Sequence record: LC765218.1
Strand: one strand, 5' to 3'
Source of the DNA: Pseudomonas phage BRkr
Length of the DNA stretch: 64,000 bases
Shown: in pieces, positions 46,928 to 56,935 of the stretch
Layout: the number at the start of each line of letters is the position of its first letter
How positions within the stretch are numbered: the stretch's first letter is position 1
Notes under the pieces: model-generated
What the model was told of the DNA's origin: nothing
Database searches by the model: none
Seen by the model: only the letters and a program-made list of their open reading frames with translations
Position numbers and translations under genes: made by a program

Positions 46928-47099
46928 TTAAAGGTTACGCACTATCATATGCGTTTCCTGATCCTTTACGATAGCTCTTTTACAATTTGGTTAAGCTGGG
47001 CTGAAATCCAGCGATCGACACGATGGGTTAGAGTCCCATCACCTTTAGGGGTCTTCCATCGGCTGATCCCTGTGACTAGTGTCACAACCAACCTTGAGC

Positions 47100-47131
47100 T
47101 CCCTCCCCTTGATCGGGGGAGGGGTTTATTT
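47100..47131 (+). terminator. hairpin CCCTCCCC-TTGATC-GGGGGAGGG + TTTATTTT
   Basis: GC-rich stem and T-run. Confidence 0.65.
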
Positions 47132-47157
47132 TGTCTCTCGTCAATAGGAACCTTCAA

Positions 47158-47625
47158 ATGGCAGTAACTCTTAAATTCCCTTTTATGCCGTCTCTTGAGC
47201 CAGCTGAGCTTACGGCTGTCATTCGCGATATCTATCTTGATCAATGCGCGGAGAAAGGCACGACTCCTCATCCCGAAGCATTTGAGCATCAGCCGGTTGT
47301 CCATGTAACGAATATGGTACATGGCGAGGGAGAAGATGTTCACTGGGCAGAAGATAGCGATAGTGAGAATCTACATATCTGCTTTACCTGCCCGCTGACT
47401 GGCGCACTTGCTAAGGTCGTCCAGCCTCTCAATTACACTGCCCCTATGAACAAGGTGTGTGTACGTCTCTGGATTGAGCATATGCTGCTCACCATGTTGG
47501 AACTTTTGCTGTTTACTCAAATGCAAGAACAAATTACAATAATGTCCAATGCAGCAAGCGAACGACGTACTATCATAACCAAATCCATCCATGCAAAGAA
47601 GGAGCAACTCGATGCAGCTCAGTGA
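47158..47625 (+). CDS. hypothetical protein
   Basis: ATG with RBS TAGGAA (track start is TTG). Confidence 0.55.
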   Translation: MAVTLKFPFMPSLEPAELTAVIRDIYLDQCAEKGTTPHPEAFEHQPVVHVTNMVHGEGEDVHWAEDSDSENLHICFTCPLTGALAKVVQPLNYTAPMNKVCVRLWIEHMLLTMLELLLFTQMQEQITIMSNAASERRTIITKSIHAKKEQLDAAQ

Positions 47626-48142
47626 TCTACGTATCCCCACTGAGATCATTCCTATTGGTCTGTGCTGTCTTTGGGCGCGCGAACAATACGTTGATCCAAA
47701 TGGCAATTATCTATTCACTACCAAAGAGGTTATTAGAGGTATCCATCTGGATAAGATGGTGGAAGAGTTTAATAAAGCTATGCGTGAACATTTCTATCAT
47801 AGCAACCACATCGAGATCACTCTCCATGGTATCGAAATCAAAGATAACAAAGTCCATTACTTTCATCAAGAACCTGCTGTTGAGTTCTATGATAAAGTGA
47901 AAGCACAGTATTGCAACGTTGAGCTGGCTCGTTATGATGCTGACGTAATGGACAAAGACCTGTTCTTTGATATGGTGTCGAAAGAAATCGCTGACCTGAG
48001 TAAGATGATCATGCAGCATATCTACTTTAAGTTTGACCGAGTACAAGCGGAGACCTGGTCTCGTTACCTGCTAGCACGTGGATCTAATAAAAGAAACGGG
48101 GCTGGTCTTGAGTCAGTTGACGTAGAAGTTAAACTCTCGTAA
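47612..48142 (+). CDS. hypothetical protein
   Basis: ATG with RBS AAGGAG; overlaps previous gene by 14 nt. Confidence 0.55.
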   Translation: MQLSDLRIPTEIIPIGLCCLWAREQYVDPNGNYLFTTKEVIRGIHLDKMVEEFNKAMREHFYHSNHIEITLHGIEIKDNKVHYFHQEPAVEFYDKVKAQYCNVELARYDADVMDKDLFFDMVSKEIADLSKMIMQHIYFKFDRVQAETWSRYLLARGSNKRNGAGLESVDVEVKLS

Positions 48143-48510
48143 AAGAATACTTGAGTTGTAATGATATACGAGGACTAATGTCCCAACAGAACAGAGGTCA
48201 CCCGGATCATCTCCCCTAAGGCTCCCCGTCGCCATATTAGGGTGCCGCAGTGACCTCACCTTATTCCCACTAGCTTTCGGTGTAAGTGGGCTCTCTCCGC
48301 ATAAGATCGGAGAGACTAACAGCGATCCATGCCAAAGGATCAAGCCGAAGCAGGTATATTGACTTGGCCGTCTTTATATCTGAAGTTACGACGGTTACTA
48401 CCTCCAGTTGAGAGGGGTATCCCCGAGTGGCGTTACCTAACCAGATGGGTGCCGACCCGTAATCGGTGCCTTAGCTGGCCAGCTTTCTGGTAAGGTAATC
48501 TAACGAATAG
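48143..48510 (+). ncRNA. candidate structured non-coding RNA (GC-rich, no ORF, ends in a terminator)
   Basis: about 370 nt without an ORF of 60 aa or more on either strand in a densely coded genome; GC-rich helical segments; followed by terminator 48511..48538. Confidence 0.35.
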
Positions 48511-48538
48511 CCCGCTCCGTTGAGGAGCGGGTTTTATT
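48511..48538 (+). terminator. hairpin CCCGCTCC-GTTGAG-GAGCGGG + TTTTATT
   Basis: perfect stem plus T-run. Confidence 0.7.
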
Positions 48539-48571
48539 CCGTCTCAGCTTGTAAACAGGAGAATATAAAGA

Positions 48572-49249
48572 ATGACTATTGTCATATGGGATGGTAAGGA
48601 TCTTTTGGTTGATCGAGTTACTACGATCACCCAGAGCGATATCACTGGAGAGGATGGTACACCACAACCATACTACGTGGAACTGGACAAGTCCAAGATC
48701 TATCTTGCTTCTGAGAACAAATGGGAAGCTAAAGTCTGGGGTCGAGCTATAAAAGCATTTACAATGGTTGGTGATACGGAACATCGTCATTGCTGGCTGA
48801 ATTTCTTGGAGACAGGAGATGATGTACATAGTCTAGCAGAGACCGCAAAGAATTTCCAACACCTGCTTACGCCTAATGCCGAATACATCCTCATCGATGA
48901 AGATAATGTTCTTCATGTGTTCGAATCAACCCATGACATGTTTAGGAGCAATTATTATTCCACGCCTGCACGTAAACCAATCATCTTTGGATGCGCTGTA
49001 GCAGTTGAACTGCTGAATAATGTATTCACTTCATCTGAGAACAAACTGAGTCCGTTGGAATGTATGGTTCTAGCGCAAGCGCATTATCCCGTTTTGGGTA
49101 GGCGGTTTGACCACTGGAATGCTGAATCTAATATACTCACACGTGACAACGACCTTAGTGATCGTGCACGTCATTGGGTTGCTAGTCGTGCGGTGAAAAA
49201 GATTTCGGTTAACTCTAAACCACGCCCAGTTAATATCGTAAATAGGTAA
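48572..49249 (+). CDS. hypothetical protein
   Basis: RBS CAGGAGAA. Confidence 0.6.
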   Translation: MTIVIWDGKDLLVDRVTTITQSDITGEDGTPQPYYVELDKSKIYLASENKWEAKVWGRAIKAFTMVGDTEHRHCWLNFLETGDDVHSLAETAKNFQHLLTPNAEYILIDEDNVLHVFESTHDMFRSNYYSTPARKPIIFGCAVAVELLNNVFTSSENKLSPLECMVLAQAHYPVLGRRFDHWNAESNILTRDNDLSDRARHWVASRAVKKISVNSKPRPVNIVNR

Positions 49250-49254
49250 ATATA

Positions 49255-49383
49255 ATGCGCAACCTCCCTGAAGAACGGCTTAAACGTCGTCAACGTGATA
49301 TGCGTAAAGATAAGCTACAACGTGGATTGATGTGGTCGTTCATCAGTGTCGTTGTCGTTGTATCTATTATCCAACTCTTTTAA
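49255..49383 (+). CDS. hypothetical small basic protein with C-terminal TM (42 aa)
   Basis: RBS ATAGGTAAA; below the 60 aa track cutoff. Confidence 0.35.
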   Translation: MRNLPEERLKRRQRDMRKDKLQRGLMWSFISVVVVVSIIQLF

Positions 49384-49396
49384 AAGGTAATTGAAA

Positions 49397-49930
49397 ATGT
49401 CCCAACATGAAATCGCTATTGCAAAAGAACTCTTCACCTTCAAAACTTTCGTTGAACGTATGGTCCACGCCGCAAAGCTTCTTGGTATGACCTGGCAGGT
49501 TAAAAGACGTAATGCTACCGGTGATATCGTTCACACTGAAGTAACTGGTAACGAAGGTGGTCTTGCTATCGTAGCTGACCATGAAATCGCAATACCGATC
49601 TACGGCGAACAACTCCTTCTAAATGAAGGTGAAACGCCATGGCTGATCGATGAAAAAGATCCTGCATTCATTGAGGTCAATCGCATACTGACTGAATACA
49701 ACCGTGTCATCACTGCGCCGCTGTATAAGTCGATGCGGGATATCCTCCCATTCTCCAAGCTTCTTGTTGATCGTTTTCCAATCTACAATGACCATCCCCA
49801 ATTTGCTACTTACCTGGCGGTAAATCCTCTCAATGAGACCGACGGTTATCGTATCAATAAAGATGGTAAATTCGCTTGGTGGACTGGTAGCGGTAAACAT
49901 CGTATTTACGATGTGATTGAATTCAATTAA
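49397..49930 (+). CDS. hypothetical protein
   Basis: ATG with RBS AAAAGGTAA (track start is TTG). Confidence 0.6.
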   Translation: MSQHEIAIAKELFTFKTFVERMVHAAKLLGMTWQVKRRNATGDIVHTEVTGNEGGLAIVADHEIAIPIYGEQLLLNEGETPWLIDEKDPAFIEVNRILTEYNRVITAPLYKSMRDILPFSKLLVDRFPIYNDHPQFATYLAVNPLNETDGYRINKDGKFAWWTGSGKHRIYDVIEFN

Positions 49931-49939
49931 CAGCATAAT

Positions 49940-49982
49940 GTCCTCTCCTTCGGGAGAGGACTTATGTCTTATTTTTTTTTAT
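49940..49982. terminator. bidirectional terminator at the strand switch: hairpin GTCCTCTCC-TTCG-GGAGAGGAC + T-run
   Basis: lies between the convergent + gene (ends 49930) and - gene (ends 49979). Confidence 0.7.
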
Positions 49983-51139
49983 TCCATCAGCTTCCAGCAG
50001 ATATCGATATTAGATAGTAACCAGTGGTCATACCAAAGAATAGTAGCTCCAGTGGTATTCTGCCTAACGTACTTAGATGCTTTGTTATTAGATAGTGCCA
50101 CAGCTGTATACGCATCTTTCTTATTTATCATGTCGTATTTAACTTGTAAGTTAGATGCCGTACGTAAAAGTTTATTGTTGTTCATAGGTGTAAATAAGTT
50201 ATCAAACATCCATTGATCCATAATGAATGGTCGATAGGTATGCCCTTGATAAACAATATCACGACCTTGTTCAACTAAGCCTTTAAACCTACTATCACTT
50301 TTAATTTGCGGTGTTATATAAGTACCATCGAGCGTACCTGTAACAGCTGAAAAACCTGGATCAAAATCATTATTACCGAGAACGGTTACATACTCTTCAC
50401 TAGATAAGTTATTCTCATCGAGAGCACTTGCAAATAAACGGCGATATAAGTAATTATATTCACTGTCTGTAATTACGCGTACTACATACTCGTAACCATC
50501 TTTTGTTAATCGTGCTTTCCCTTGTGGGTATTCACCTAGATGGCTCGCTGTCTCTGGTGTATTTGTATTAACTAAGTCGTTAGCATACGCAGCACCTGCT
50601 ATGTAGAGATCTCTAAAGGATGCCCGTACAAGAGGTCTAGTTGGAACAAGTAGTACTTTGTTATTGTAGATACATTTCTCTAAGCGACCATTTGTTTTAT
50701 CACTTGGCACTATTCCATTATCCGCTCCACCCATAGCACTGACAATTTCATCAGTCCAGAAAGGTGGTGTATCAAATGTACCGTAGCGTCCTTGTAGAGA
50801 GTCTCCACGAATAACAAAATCAGGGAAACCTGGTTTAATTTCTAGACCAGTATTCCTTCGAGCTGATGTGGGGTATAGGGAACTGTATCTTGTTGTTCCA
50901 CGATACTCTAAACCAACCATGTAATACACTAGTCGATCATCATCTACTGTATCATCTCTGAAAGATAATGTGCCACGAAATACAGTAATCAAAGGTTCAG
51001 GTAAATTGTATTCTGTGAACCTATTATAACTTCGATAAATATTGATCGTATAATTTTCACCCATCGGGAGATTATTATAGTCAGCTAGATTGATAATAAT
51101 CATTGTGTGTCTAAGCCACCGTAAGTTAAGATTGGCCAA
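49979..51139 (-). CDS. hypothetical structural-region protein (paralog-like N-terminus NLNLRW; TTG start at 51139, ATG at 51103)
   Basis: N-terminal M-x-N-L-N-L-R-W mirrors the upstream gene's M-I-N-I-N-L-R-W only if the TTG start is used. Confidence 0.6.
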   Translation of the reverse strand: MANLNLRWLRHTMIIINLADYNNLPMGENYTINIYRSYNRFTEYNLPEPLITVFRGTLSFRDDTVDDDRLVYYMVGLEYRGTTRYSSLYPTSARRNTGLEIKPGFPDFVIRGDSLQGRYGTFDTPPFWTDEIVSAMGGADNGIVPSDKTNGRLEKCIYNNKVLLVPTRPLVRASFRDLYIAGAAYANDLVNTNTPETASHLGEYPQGKARLTKDGYEYVVRVITDSEYNYLYRRLFASALDENNLSSEEYVTVLGNNDFDPGFSAVTGTLDGTYITPQIKSDSRFKGLVEQGRDIVYQGHTYRPFIMDQWMFDNLFTPMNNNKLLRTASNLQVKYDMINKKDAYTAVALSNNKASKYVRQNTTGATILWYDHWLLSNIDICWKLME

Positions 51140-52080
51140 ATCAAAGCATGATTAACAGCTGTCTCTAATTCAGGTTCTTCCGATCTGTACGTTACCGGCA
51201 TTATTAAGTTAGCCGGATCAGTCGGGGAATCAGGAATATTTTTCGTCCAGTGTAATAGAGTTCTATCACTGTATTGTTGACCAGGACCAATTGATGGGAT
51301 GGATGTAAGTATAGTCCCGCTCAGTTCCCCTTGTGTGAAATGTGCAACGTTGCTATAGAAAGAGAACTTACCCGTTTTATTCGGGTTTATTTTCTGCCCT
51401 GTTACGTTACCATAAACCGTATCGATAACTCGACCGTACATTTCAGAAATAACATCGATCATATTTGCCAATGGAATAAATGTTCCATCTTTCATGTCAA
51501 GGGCTTGAGGGAATTGAACAATCCATCTATGACCACCTTTATTAACAGCTATCCAGCCTCCGTCTAGTAATGTCTTATAATTTTCATTCTCTTTATCAAC
51601 TTCATTATTATACGCTATCGGATATTCTAAGATATATTTAGATATACCGCGAATTCTATATTTATGCAAGTTGATGTTAGGCGGTGTTACTGGTGCAGGA
51701 ACAGTTATTCCGATCGCACTCCGAAGATCATCCAACGTAGGAATAATAGTCGATGAAATTTCATTGTGAGTACAATAGCCAAAATGTGCGTCACCAAACA
51801 CAGTTCTACCTAGACCAGGACCTGTGTCATTTTCACCTGAGAAACTAAATATCTTTGACCATGCTTCTTTATGATTATCCAAGGTAGTTTTAAGTCTATA
51901 TGTGTAAGTAGTAGACTCATCTAGCCCTTGATCTTGATAGCGTTCATCCGATGTTGGAACGGTAGCAATTAGAATACCTTCCCATTCGGCTAATGGTGCA
52001 TTACCTTCCGCTCTGTAGATACTTGTAAACGTTGGTTTATCCGGTAATGGATCCACCCAACGTAAATTGATGTTAATCAT
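51100..52080 (-). CDS. hypothetical structural-region protein (N-terminus MININLRW)
   Basis: ATGA coupling at both ends. Confidence 0.65.
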   Translation of the reverse strand: MININLRWVDPLPDKPTFTSIYRAEGNAPLAEWEGILIATVPTSDERYQDQGLDESTTYTYRLKTTLDNHKEAWSKIFSFSGENDTGPGLGRTVFGDAHFGYCTHNEISSTIIPTLDDLRSAIGITVPAPVTPPNINLHKYRIRGISKYILEYPIAYNNEVDKENENYKTLLDGGWIAVNKGGHRWIVQFPQALDMKDGTFIPLANMIDVISEMYGRVIDTVYGNVTGQKINPNKTGKFSFYSNVAHFTQGELSGTILTSIPSIGPGQQYSDRTLLHWTKNIPDSPTDPANLIMPVTYRSEEPELETAVNHALIWPILTYGGLDTQ

Positions 52081-52226
52081 TGCTCTTCCTCAACGTCTGC
52101 TCGGTCAGCAGGTAATACGGTTGTAAAAGATAAGGCAATTGGGATAATACCATCTGTCTCATTAAACAGATCAGTTATCGGAAGTAGTATTTCTCTACCG
52201 TCGATTGTTAATAATGCTTCAAACAT
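52077..52226 (-). CDS. small 49-aa protein carrying only the MFEALL N-terminal motif shared with the Kelch proteins
   Basis: ATG...ATGA coupled to the downstream gene; below the track cutoff; MFEALLTIDGREILLP... Confidence 0.45.
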   Translation of the reverse strand: MFEALLTIDGREILLPITDLFNETDGIIPIALSFTTVLPADRADVEEEQ

Positions 52227-52333
52227 AAATATCTCACTATAGTTGACGGCATACACGAAGCCATTAAAATGACTCCGCGCATGCGTACTACATATCTACT
52301 GAGAAGATACACCTTCATATCATACCGGCATAA

Positions 52334-52356
52334 AGCCTTCCCCAACGGGAAGGCTT
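52334..52356 (-). terminator. hairpin AAGCCTTCCC-CAAC-GGGAAGGCTT
   Basis: lies after the end of the - strand gene 52362. Confidence 0.55.
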
Positions 52357-52361
52357 TTATG

Positions 52362-52538
52362 TTATTTATTTCTACGGGTTATCCGATAACCAAGTGCACC
52401 GAGATCAACTCTGAAAAACCCTTTACCTTTATTGAAACCACCACCAACTCTAACCATACGATCGCCTTTCGGCATCTCTATTTCAGTTAGTTTAAATGTA
52501 CGAGTGAAAGCTACATACTTGTGAACCAGTGTACTCAT
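52362..52538 (-). CDS. hypothetical small basic protein (58 aa)
   Basis: ATG at 52538 with RBS GAGGTG; avoids overlap with the upstream gene. Confidence 0.45.
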   Translation of the reverse strand: MSTLVHKYVAFTRTFKLTEIEMPKGDRMVRVGGGFNKGKGFFRVDLGALGYRITRRNK

Positions 52539-52545
52539 AATCACC

Positions 52546-52806
52546 TCAATGTAAAACGTTCGAACCGTCATGCTTATGGCAATCGCAGGTACAGAGTTCT
52601 TGCTCAATTCCACCTATGATTACAAACGTAGCCTTAGCTACAGGTACATCATGTTTCTTAGCATGCCATACAGCTAACTCATCTGTACGTTCTTTCTGAA
52701 CGATATCGTCTACAACGCCAAATATCTTTCTTAATACATCGATGTTAAAACTACCATCACGATTGATGTAGTTCATATAGACGGCATTACAACATGCGAA
52801 AGCCAT
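52546..52806 (-). CDS. hypothetical Cys-rich small protein
   Basis: TAATG coupling to the upstream gene. Confidence 0.5.
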   Translation of the reverse strand: MAFACCNAVYMNYINRDGSFNIDVLRKIFGVVDDIVQKERTDELAVWHAKKHDVPVAKATFVIIGGIEQELCTCDCHKHDGSNVLH

Positions 52807-53105
52807 TACTGTTTACTCCCTGTATAGAACAATGGACGCAAATCAGTTTGATAATACTCGTCCTTCACGTGTGTAAAGTTCTTATCAAAGCTTTCTGTTT
52901 TATAGGAAGTTCTCAATCCGTTAGGCCATACAACGAGCATATCACCAACTTCAAAGTCAGTGATCAGAGACTCGAATTCATTAGGGGTAATGGTATCACC
53001 GCCCGTCTTAACGAACCGACTAGCTATAAATCCACTCCCCCAATCAGAAGACATCCAGGCACCAGCTTCTGTGATAAGTTTTGCACGAACTAGAGTTTTA
53101 GTCAT
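52806..53105 (-). CDS. hypothetical protein
   Basis: coupled ORF. Confidence 0.5.
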   Translation of the reverse strand: MTKTLVRAKLITEAGAWMSSDWGSGFIASRFVKTGGDTITPNEFESLITDFEVGDMLVVWPNGLRTSYKTESFDKNFTHVKDEYYQTDLRPLFYTGSKQ

Positions 53106-53283
53106 ATTTGTTTCCCCAGTTTACTGTTTTGTTGAGAAGAGTAGCACTTGGCTTTCTATTCCGAATTTGTCTTTTAATAGATTCGTTTAGCTCTTCCATT
53201 GTTTCTCGAACTTTAGCCAATCGTTCCTTTTGTTCATTTGTAGGAACACTACTAGCTATACCCTGCAAAGCTTTTAGTGACAC
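53098..53283 (-). CDS. hypothetical small protein
   Basis: 8 nt overlap with the downstream gene. Confidence 0.45.
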   Translation of the reverse strand: MSLKALQGIASSVPTNEQKERLAKVRETMEELNESIKRQIRNRKPSATLLNKTVNWGNKYD

Positions 53284-53336
53284 GTCTTTACCCTAGATAA
53301 TGTTTAACCATAGGATCTGGTCTTTCAGTATATTCA

Positions 53337-53900
53337 TCATTGTATTTGGATTGAAGTCTCATAACCGCCAGACGTCTTGTACGACCTGAATCTTTTTGGA
53401 ACTGGTATATCGTAACGACGGCACCATTTTCTAACAGCGTTATCTGATACGCCGTATTTCTTCCCAATTTTAGTTAATGGTAAAATATGTAGATCGGCAA
53501 TGAGCTGATCTTTATCGGGTCGCTCCACTTTACGATTACCTTTACCCGTGCATTCAAGGCTACAATAATATTCTTGCTCTGTACTAAGTACAGAACCACA
53601 ACATCTACAAAGTTTAGTGGGGTACTTAGTTGGATCTATACCCATCCTCCGCATCCATGCATGTAATTTAACATGCATTGCATCGGGAAGGATTAGTAGA
53701 TTTTCTGGGTGATTATTGGACCTGTTCTCATCCAAGTGATGTACAACTTCATCGTCATATAAAGGACGACCCAATACTTCCTCGGCTACGACTCGATGTT
53801 CATAAACCCACCCCCACATATTCTTATTCTTCTTAGCTTCTGGGTGATCCGGCCTATAAAGCAAAATATATCCGTTCAGTTCTCTCGAACGCTCTTCCAT
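53337..53900 (-). CDS. HNH homing endonuclease (paralog 1)
   Basis: HNH motif HHLDENRSNNHPENL; C-terminal Cys4 plus HTH-like KYGVSDNAVRKWCRRY; closely related to 61604..62161. Confidence 0.85.
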   Translation of the reverse strand: MEERSRELNGYILLYRPDHPEAKKNKNMWGWVYEHRVVAEEVLGRPLYDDEVVHHLDENRSNNHPENLLILPDAMHVKLHAWMRRMGIDPTKYPTKLCRCCGSVLSTEQEYYCSLECTGKGNRKVERPDKDQLIADLHILPLTKIGKKYGVSDNAVRKWCRRYDIPVPKRFRSYKTSGGYETSIQIQ

Positions 53901-53975
53901 AATTCATTGCTCCAGGTTCAATCAATTATACAGCATATTGCAACTGGACCCAACCAGTTGCAATACATTAGAGAC

Positions 53976-54056
<81 letters not shown>

Positions 54057-54119
54057 ATTTGAATTGAGTACTGGAATCTACATCACTGAATACTCTCGTA
54101 TACTATTAGACACGAAGTA

Positions 54120-55700
54120 TTATTTTATTTCGTATTCGACTACGGGTGTTGTTTTAGATACATCACCACCAAATCGATAGACTCCATCGGATACAACTAA
54201 CATCTCTTCATACGAAGAAATAGCTGGGAAGGTATCTCCGATTAGTTCTGGCTCTTTATTAAGTTGCACCAAAGCTAATCGTGTTCCGGAGTTATTCGTC
54301 ACATAGATGTTATTACCGAATATGATTCCTCTATACGTCGAATATTTGTTGGCAGGCGCATTCAAAGGAATGACTTCAGTTGTACTAAAATCAGAACTAA
54401 TCTTTACGTAGTCCGTTGGCGAGATGTTTGTCCCACCTATTGTTAATCTACCTTGAGATGCAACGATAACTAATTCACCATTATCGTTAAATCCTAAATT
54501 ATGATGCCATAATTCAATTGGTAGAACATCAGCAATCATGCCGATTTCATATGTCGTAAGGTTAACTGTTATAATGTTCTTATGGATTTTATCACTGCGT
54601 CCAGAGAAACCACCAACAATGTACAGTATATCGTCTTTAACTATACTAGCTGTACGTTCGATGTAATATGCATCGACTAAACCTGGAATAGCAGCTAGCT
54701 TTTTAGTTTCCCATGTGTCGGTAGCTATCGTGTAAATATAAATAGTCGGACCAGTAGACAATGGGTTACCATGCAAAATCAACTTACCATTATTGTAAAC
54801 CATATTGGTTGTAGTTGTCTCGCCTTGGAACGGAACTGTAGATGGTAACTTGGTCCATGTTTTAGTATCTCGGTCTAACCGATGTAAGTCGGACATGAAC
54901 GTAGTAGGTCCTGTTGTATATCCACAGGCCATGTAAATATCGTTGTTATCCGAATCATACGCGAGTACTGGCATCCCACGTTGCGGCGGTGGATTTACAG
55001 TCGACAATACAGAGGTAATACCTTTAAGTTCCTTTGGCGGAATATATTCAAGTACCGGTCGCCATCCACGATAACTAGTAGCTTCTGTTGGCGGATGACC
55101 ATCGTAAATATAAAGGCCATTCTTTGCCTGAGGATGAGTTGTCGATGGTGAAAACTGTAGGTAATTACCATTGGTATTTCTATTAGCCGCCCAGTTATAA
55201 CTTCCGTTTCCGGCGCCTATAAGTTGTTCATCTGTGTACTTTGCCCAACTTCCTTTAGTTGTAACATTGCCAAAAATATCCCACAATTCAGAACCTTCAT
55301 TACCTTGAGTAGCGATATCCGAATAAGGATTTACTCCAGCATTCATTAGACGAACTTTAAACATGTTCCCATCGATTACAATAACTTTACTACCATCTAT
55401 TAAACCAGCCTCGTCAAGTTGGTTTGGACTAATGGAATGGAGAATAGCTGTCTTCGAATAATAAAGAATAACATTATTTCTAGATACTTTAATCCAACCA
55501 GCATCTGTATTTATAGTACCAATGGAGTCAAGCTCAACAAGTGTTCTTAACTGAGGGTAAGTTATAAACTTGTCGCTTGTCAACTCACCATACAGACCAA
55601 GTGTCGAATCACCTTGTTCAAAGGTAGATGGACCCGGTAGTTTATTTCCTGTAGCCTTAATGAGTGCAGACAATAATGATTCGAACATAATTTTATCCAT
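54120..55700 (-). CDS. Kelch-repeat beta-propeller protein 1 (candidate tail fibre/receptor-binding protein); N-terminus MDKIMFESLLSAL
   Basis: repeated hydrophobic-GG Kelch blades; MFExLL motif 4 codons after the first ATG. Confidence 0.75.
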   Translation of the reverse strand: MDKIMFESLLSALIKATGNKLPGPSTFEQGDSTLGLYGELTSDKFITYPQLRTLVELDSIGTINTDAGWIKVSRNNVILYYSKTAILHSISPNQLDEAGLIDGSKVIVIDGNMFKVRLMNAGVNPYSDIATQGNEGSELWDIFGNVTTKGSWAKYTDEQLIGAGNGSYNWAANRNTNGNYLQFSPSTTHPQAKNGLYIYDGHPPTEATSYRGWRPVLEYIPPKELKGITSVLSTVNPPPQRGMPVLAYDSDNNDIYMACGYTTGPTTFMSDLHRLDRDTKTWTKLPSTVPFQGETTTTNMVYNNGKLILHGNPLSTGPTIYIYTIATDTWETKKLAAIPGLVDAYYIERTASIVKDDILYIVGGFSGRSDKIHKNIITVNLTTYEIGMIADVLPIELWHHNLGFNDNGELVIVASQGRLTIGGTNISPTDYVKISSDFSTTEVIPLNAPANKYSTYRGIIFGNNIYVTNNSGTRLALVQLNKEPELIGDTFPAISSYEEMLVVSDGVYRFGGDVSKTTPVVEYEIK

Positions 55701-55823
55701 TGAAAAGTGACTGTTTACAGAGGGGTGGCTGTATAGAACTTCACGTTCCTACTCCCTTTCCGTCTAAGGCCTCCCCATTATAGGTACTTACCAAAAGACT
55801 AAATCATACAATTTGCAACATAA

Positions 55824-55844
55824 AGCCCGCCTTTCGGCAGGCCT
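55824..55844 (-). terminator. hairpin after tRNA-Leu
   Basis: AGCCCGCC-TTTC-GGCAGGCCT; one wobble/mismatch. Confidence 0.4.
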
Positions 55845-55852
55845 TATTAAAA

Positions 55853-55938
55853 TGGTAGGAGCAGAGGGACTCGAACCCACAGTGCCTTACGACGGCTGGA
55901 CCTAAACCAGCTGGCTATACCAATTCGCCTATGCTCCC
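55853..55938 (-). tRNA. tRNA-Leu (anticodon UAG), type II
   Basis: acceptor GGGAGCA/TGCTCCT with G1-U72, anticodon stem GCTGG/CCAGC, loop TTTAGGT, long variable arm, T-loop TTCGAGT, CCA encoded. Confidence 0.7.
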
Positions 55939-55996
55939 ATGTAAAATAGCGCTTAACGCTAATTCTTACATATAATCACTATACCAGTATTTCTTT

Positions 55997-56935
55997 TCAC
56001 GGGTTTTCTGGATCGTAAACCCACAGGTCATTATGATAGACACCATTTGTATAACCACCAGATAAATAAATCTTACCGTTATAAACTTCCATATTGGCGT
56101 AGAACCGAGTAGGCGGCATCTTACCAGGAGGAAGAATTATATTTGACCATGTGTCAGTTTCAATATCGTAAACACTGAAAATATGATCGTTATTAATAGT
56201 GTTAGGAGTAGAACTTGTACCAGATTGACCACCGAATACATAGATCTTATTGTTAAGAGCTACGGCAGAATGTCTGTTCCTATTTACAAGACCATTCTTG
56301 TGGGGTGTCCATGTATTGTTGTCGACATTATAACTTCTGAATGTGGCAACTGACGTATTAGCTGTTTCATAGCCACCTAACGTGTAGAGGCGTCGACCAT
56401 GACTTGTTAAAGTCGCATAACGAATTTGATAAGGTGGTGTCAAGTTAGCTACTGTGAAGTTATCGGTATTATAGCTCTTAAATTCATACATAATACCTTG
56501 TGCACCGTTACCACCAAATAGGTACACCTTATTATCAATAGCTGACATGCAATGACTGTTACGTACGGCCAATCCACCATTAGAGCGTGTTACAGGTGTA
56601 ATTGTCTCACCATCAATCGTAAACTCAATCATCGTGTTTGTATCAGCAGAACCAGTGTATCCACCGAATACATAAAACTTGTTATCAACTAAACCACCAG
56701 CTGCACGTAAATTAACGTTTGCTCCTGCCGGTAGTTCTTTCCATTCGTCTGTTAAGAAATCATAGACGGATACAGTATTGAACGCGTTAGTGGTAGCACG
56801 TCTACCACCGAAGATATAAAGTTTGTCTCCTACGACAACAGAGGTTGACTGGTTTCTTCCGACGTCGGGTCCCTGTAGCTGAACCCAACCTTGCTTACTT
56901 TTATATTCCCCAATTCCTAACAATGCTTCAAACAT
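55997..56935 (-). CDS. Kelch-repeat beta-propeller protein 2; N-terminus MFEALLGIGEY
   Basis: blades LYIFGG, FYVFGGYTG, VYLFGGNG, LYTLGGYE, IYVFGGQSG, IYLSGGYTNG. Confidence 0.8.
   Translation of the reverse strand: MFEALLGIGEYKSKQGWVQLQGPDVGRNQSTSVVVGDKLYIFGGRRATTNAFNTVSVYDFLTDEWKELPAGANVNLRAAGGLVDNKFYVFGGYTGSADTNTMIEFTIDGETITPVTRSNGGLAVRNSHCMSAIDNKVYLFGGNGAQGIMYEFKSYNTDNFTVANLTPPYQIRYATLTSHGRRLYTLGGYETANTSVATFRSYNVDNNTWTPHKNGLVNRNRHSAVALNNKIYVFGGQSGTSSTPNTINNDHIFSVYDIETDTWSNIILPPGKMPPTRFYANMEVYNGKIYLSGGYTNGVYHNDLWVYDPENP

Noticed and set aside
48143-48571. tRNA or group I intron in the GC-rich non-coding island
   Set aside because: No GTTCGAAT-type T-loop and no cloverleaf acceptor pairing were found. 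No recognisable P7 or R/S elements were found. It is kept only as a generic candidate ncRNA.
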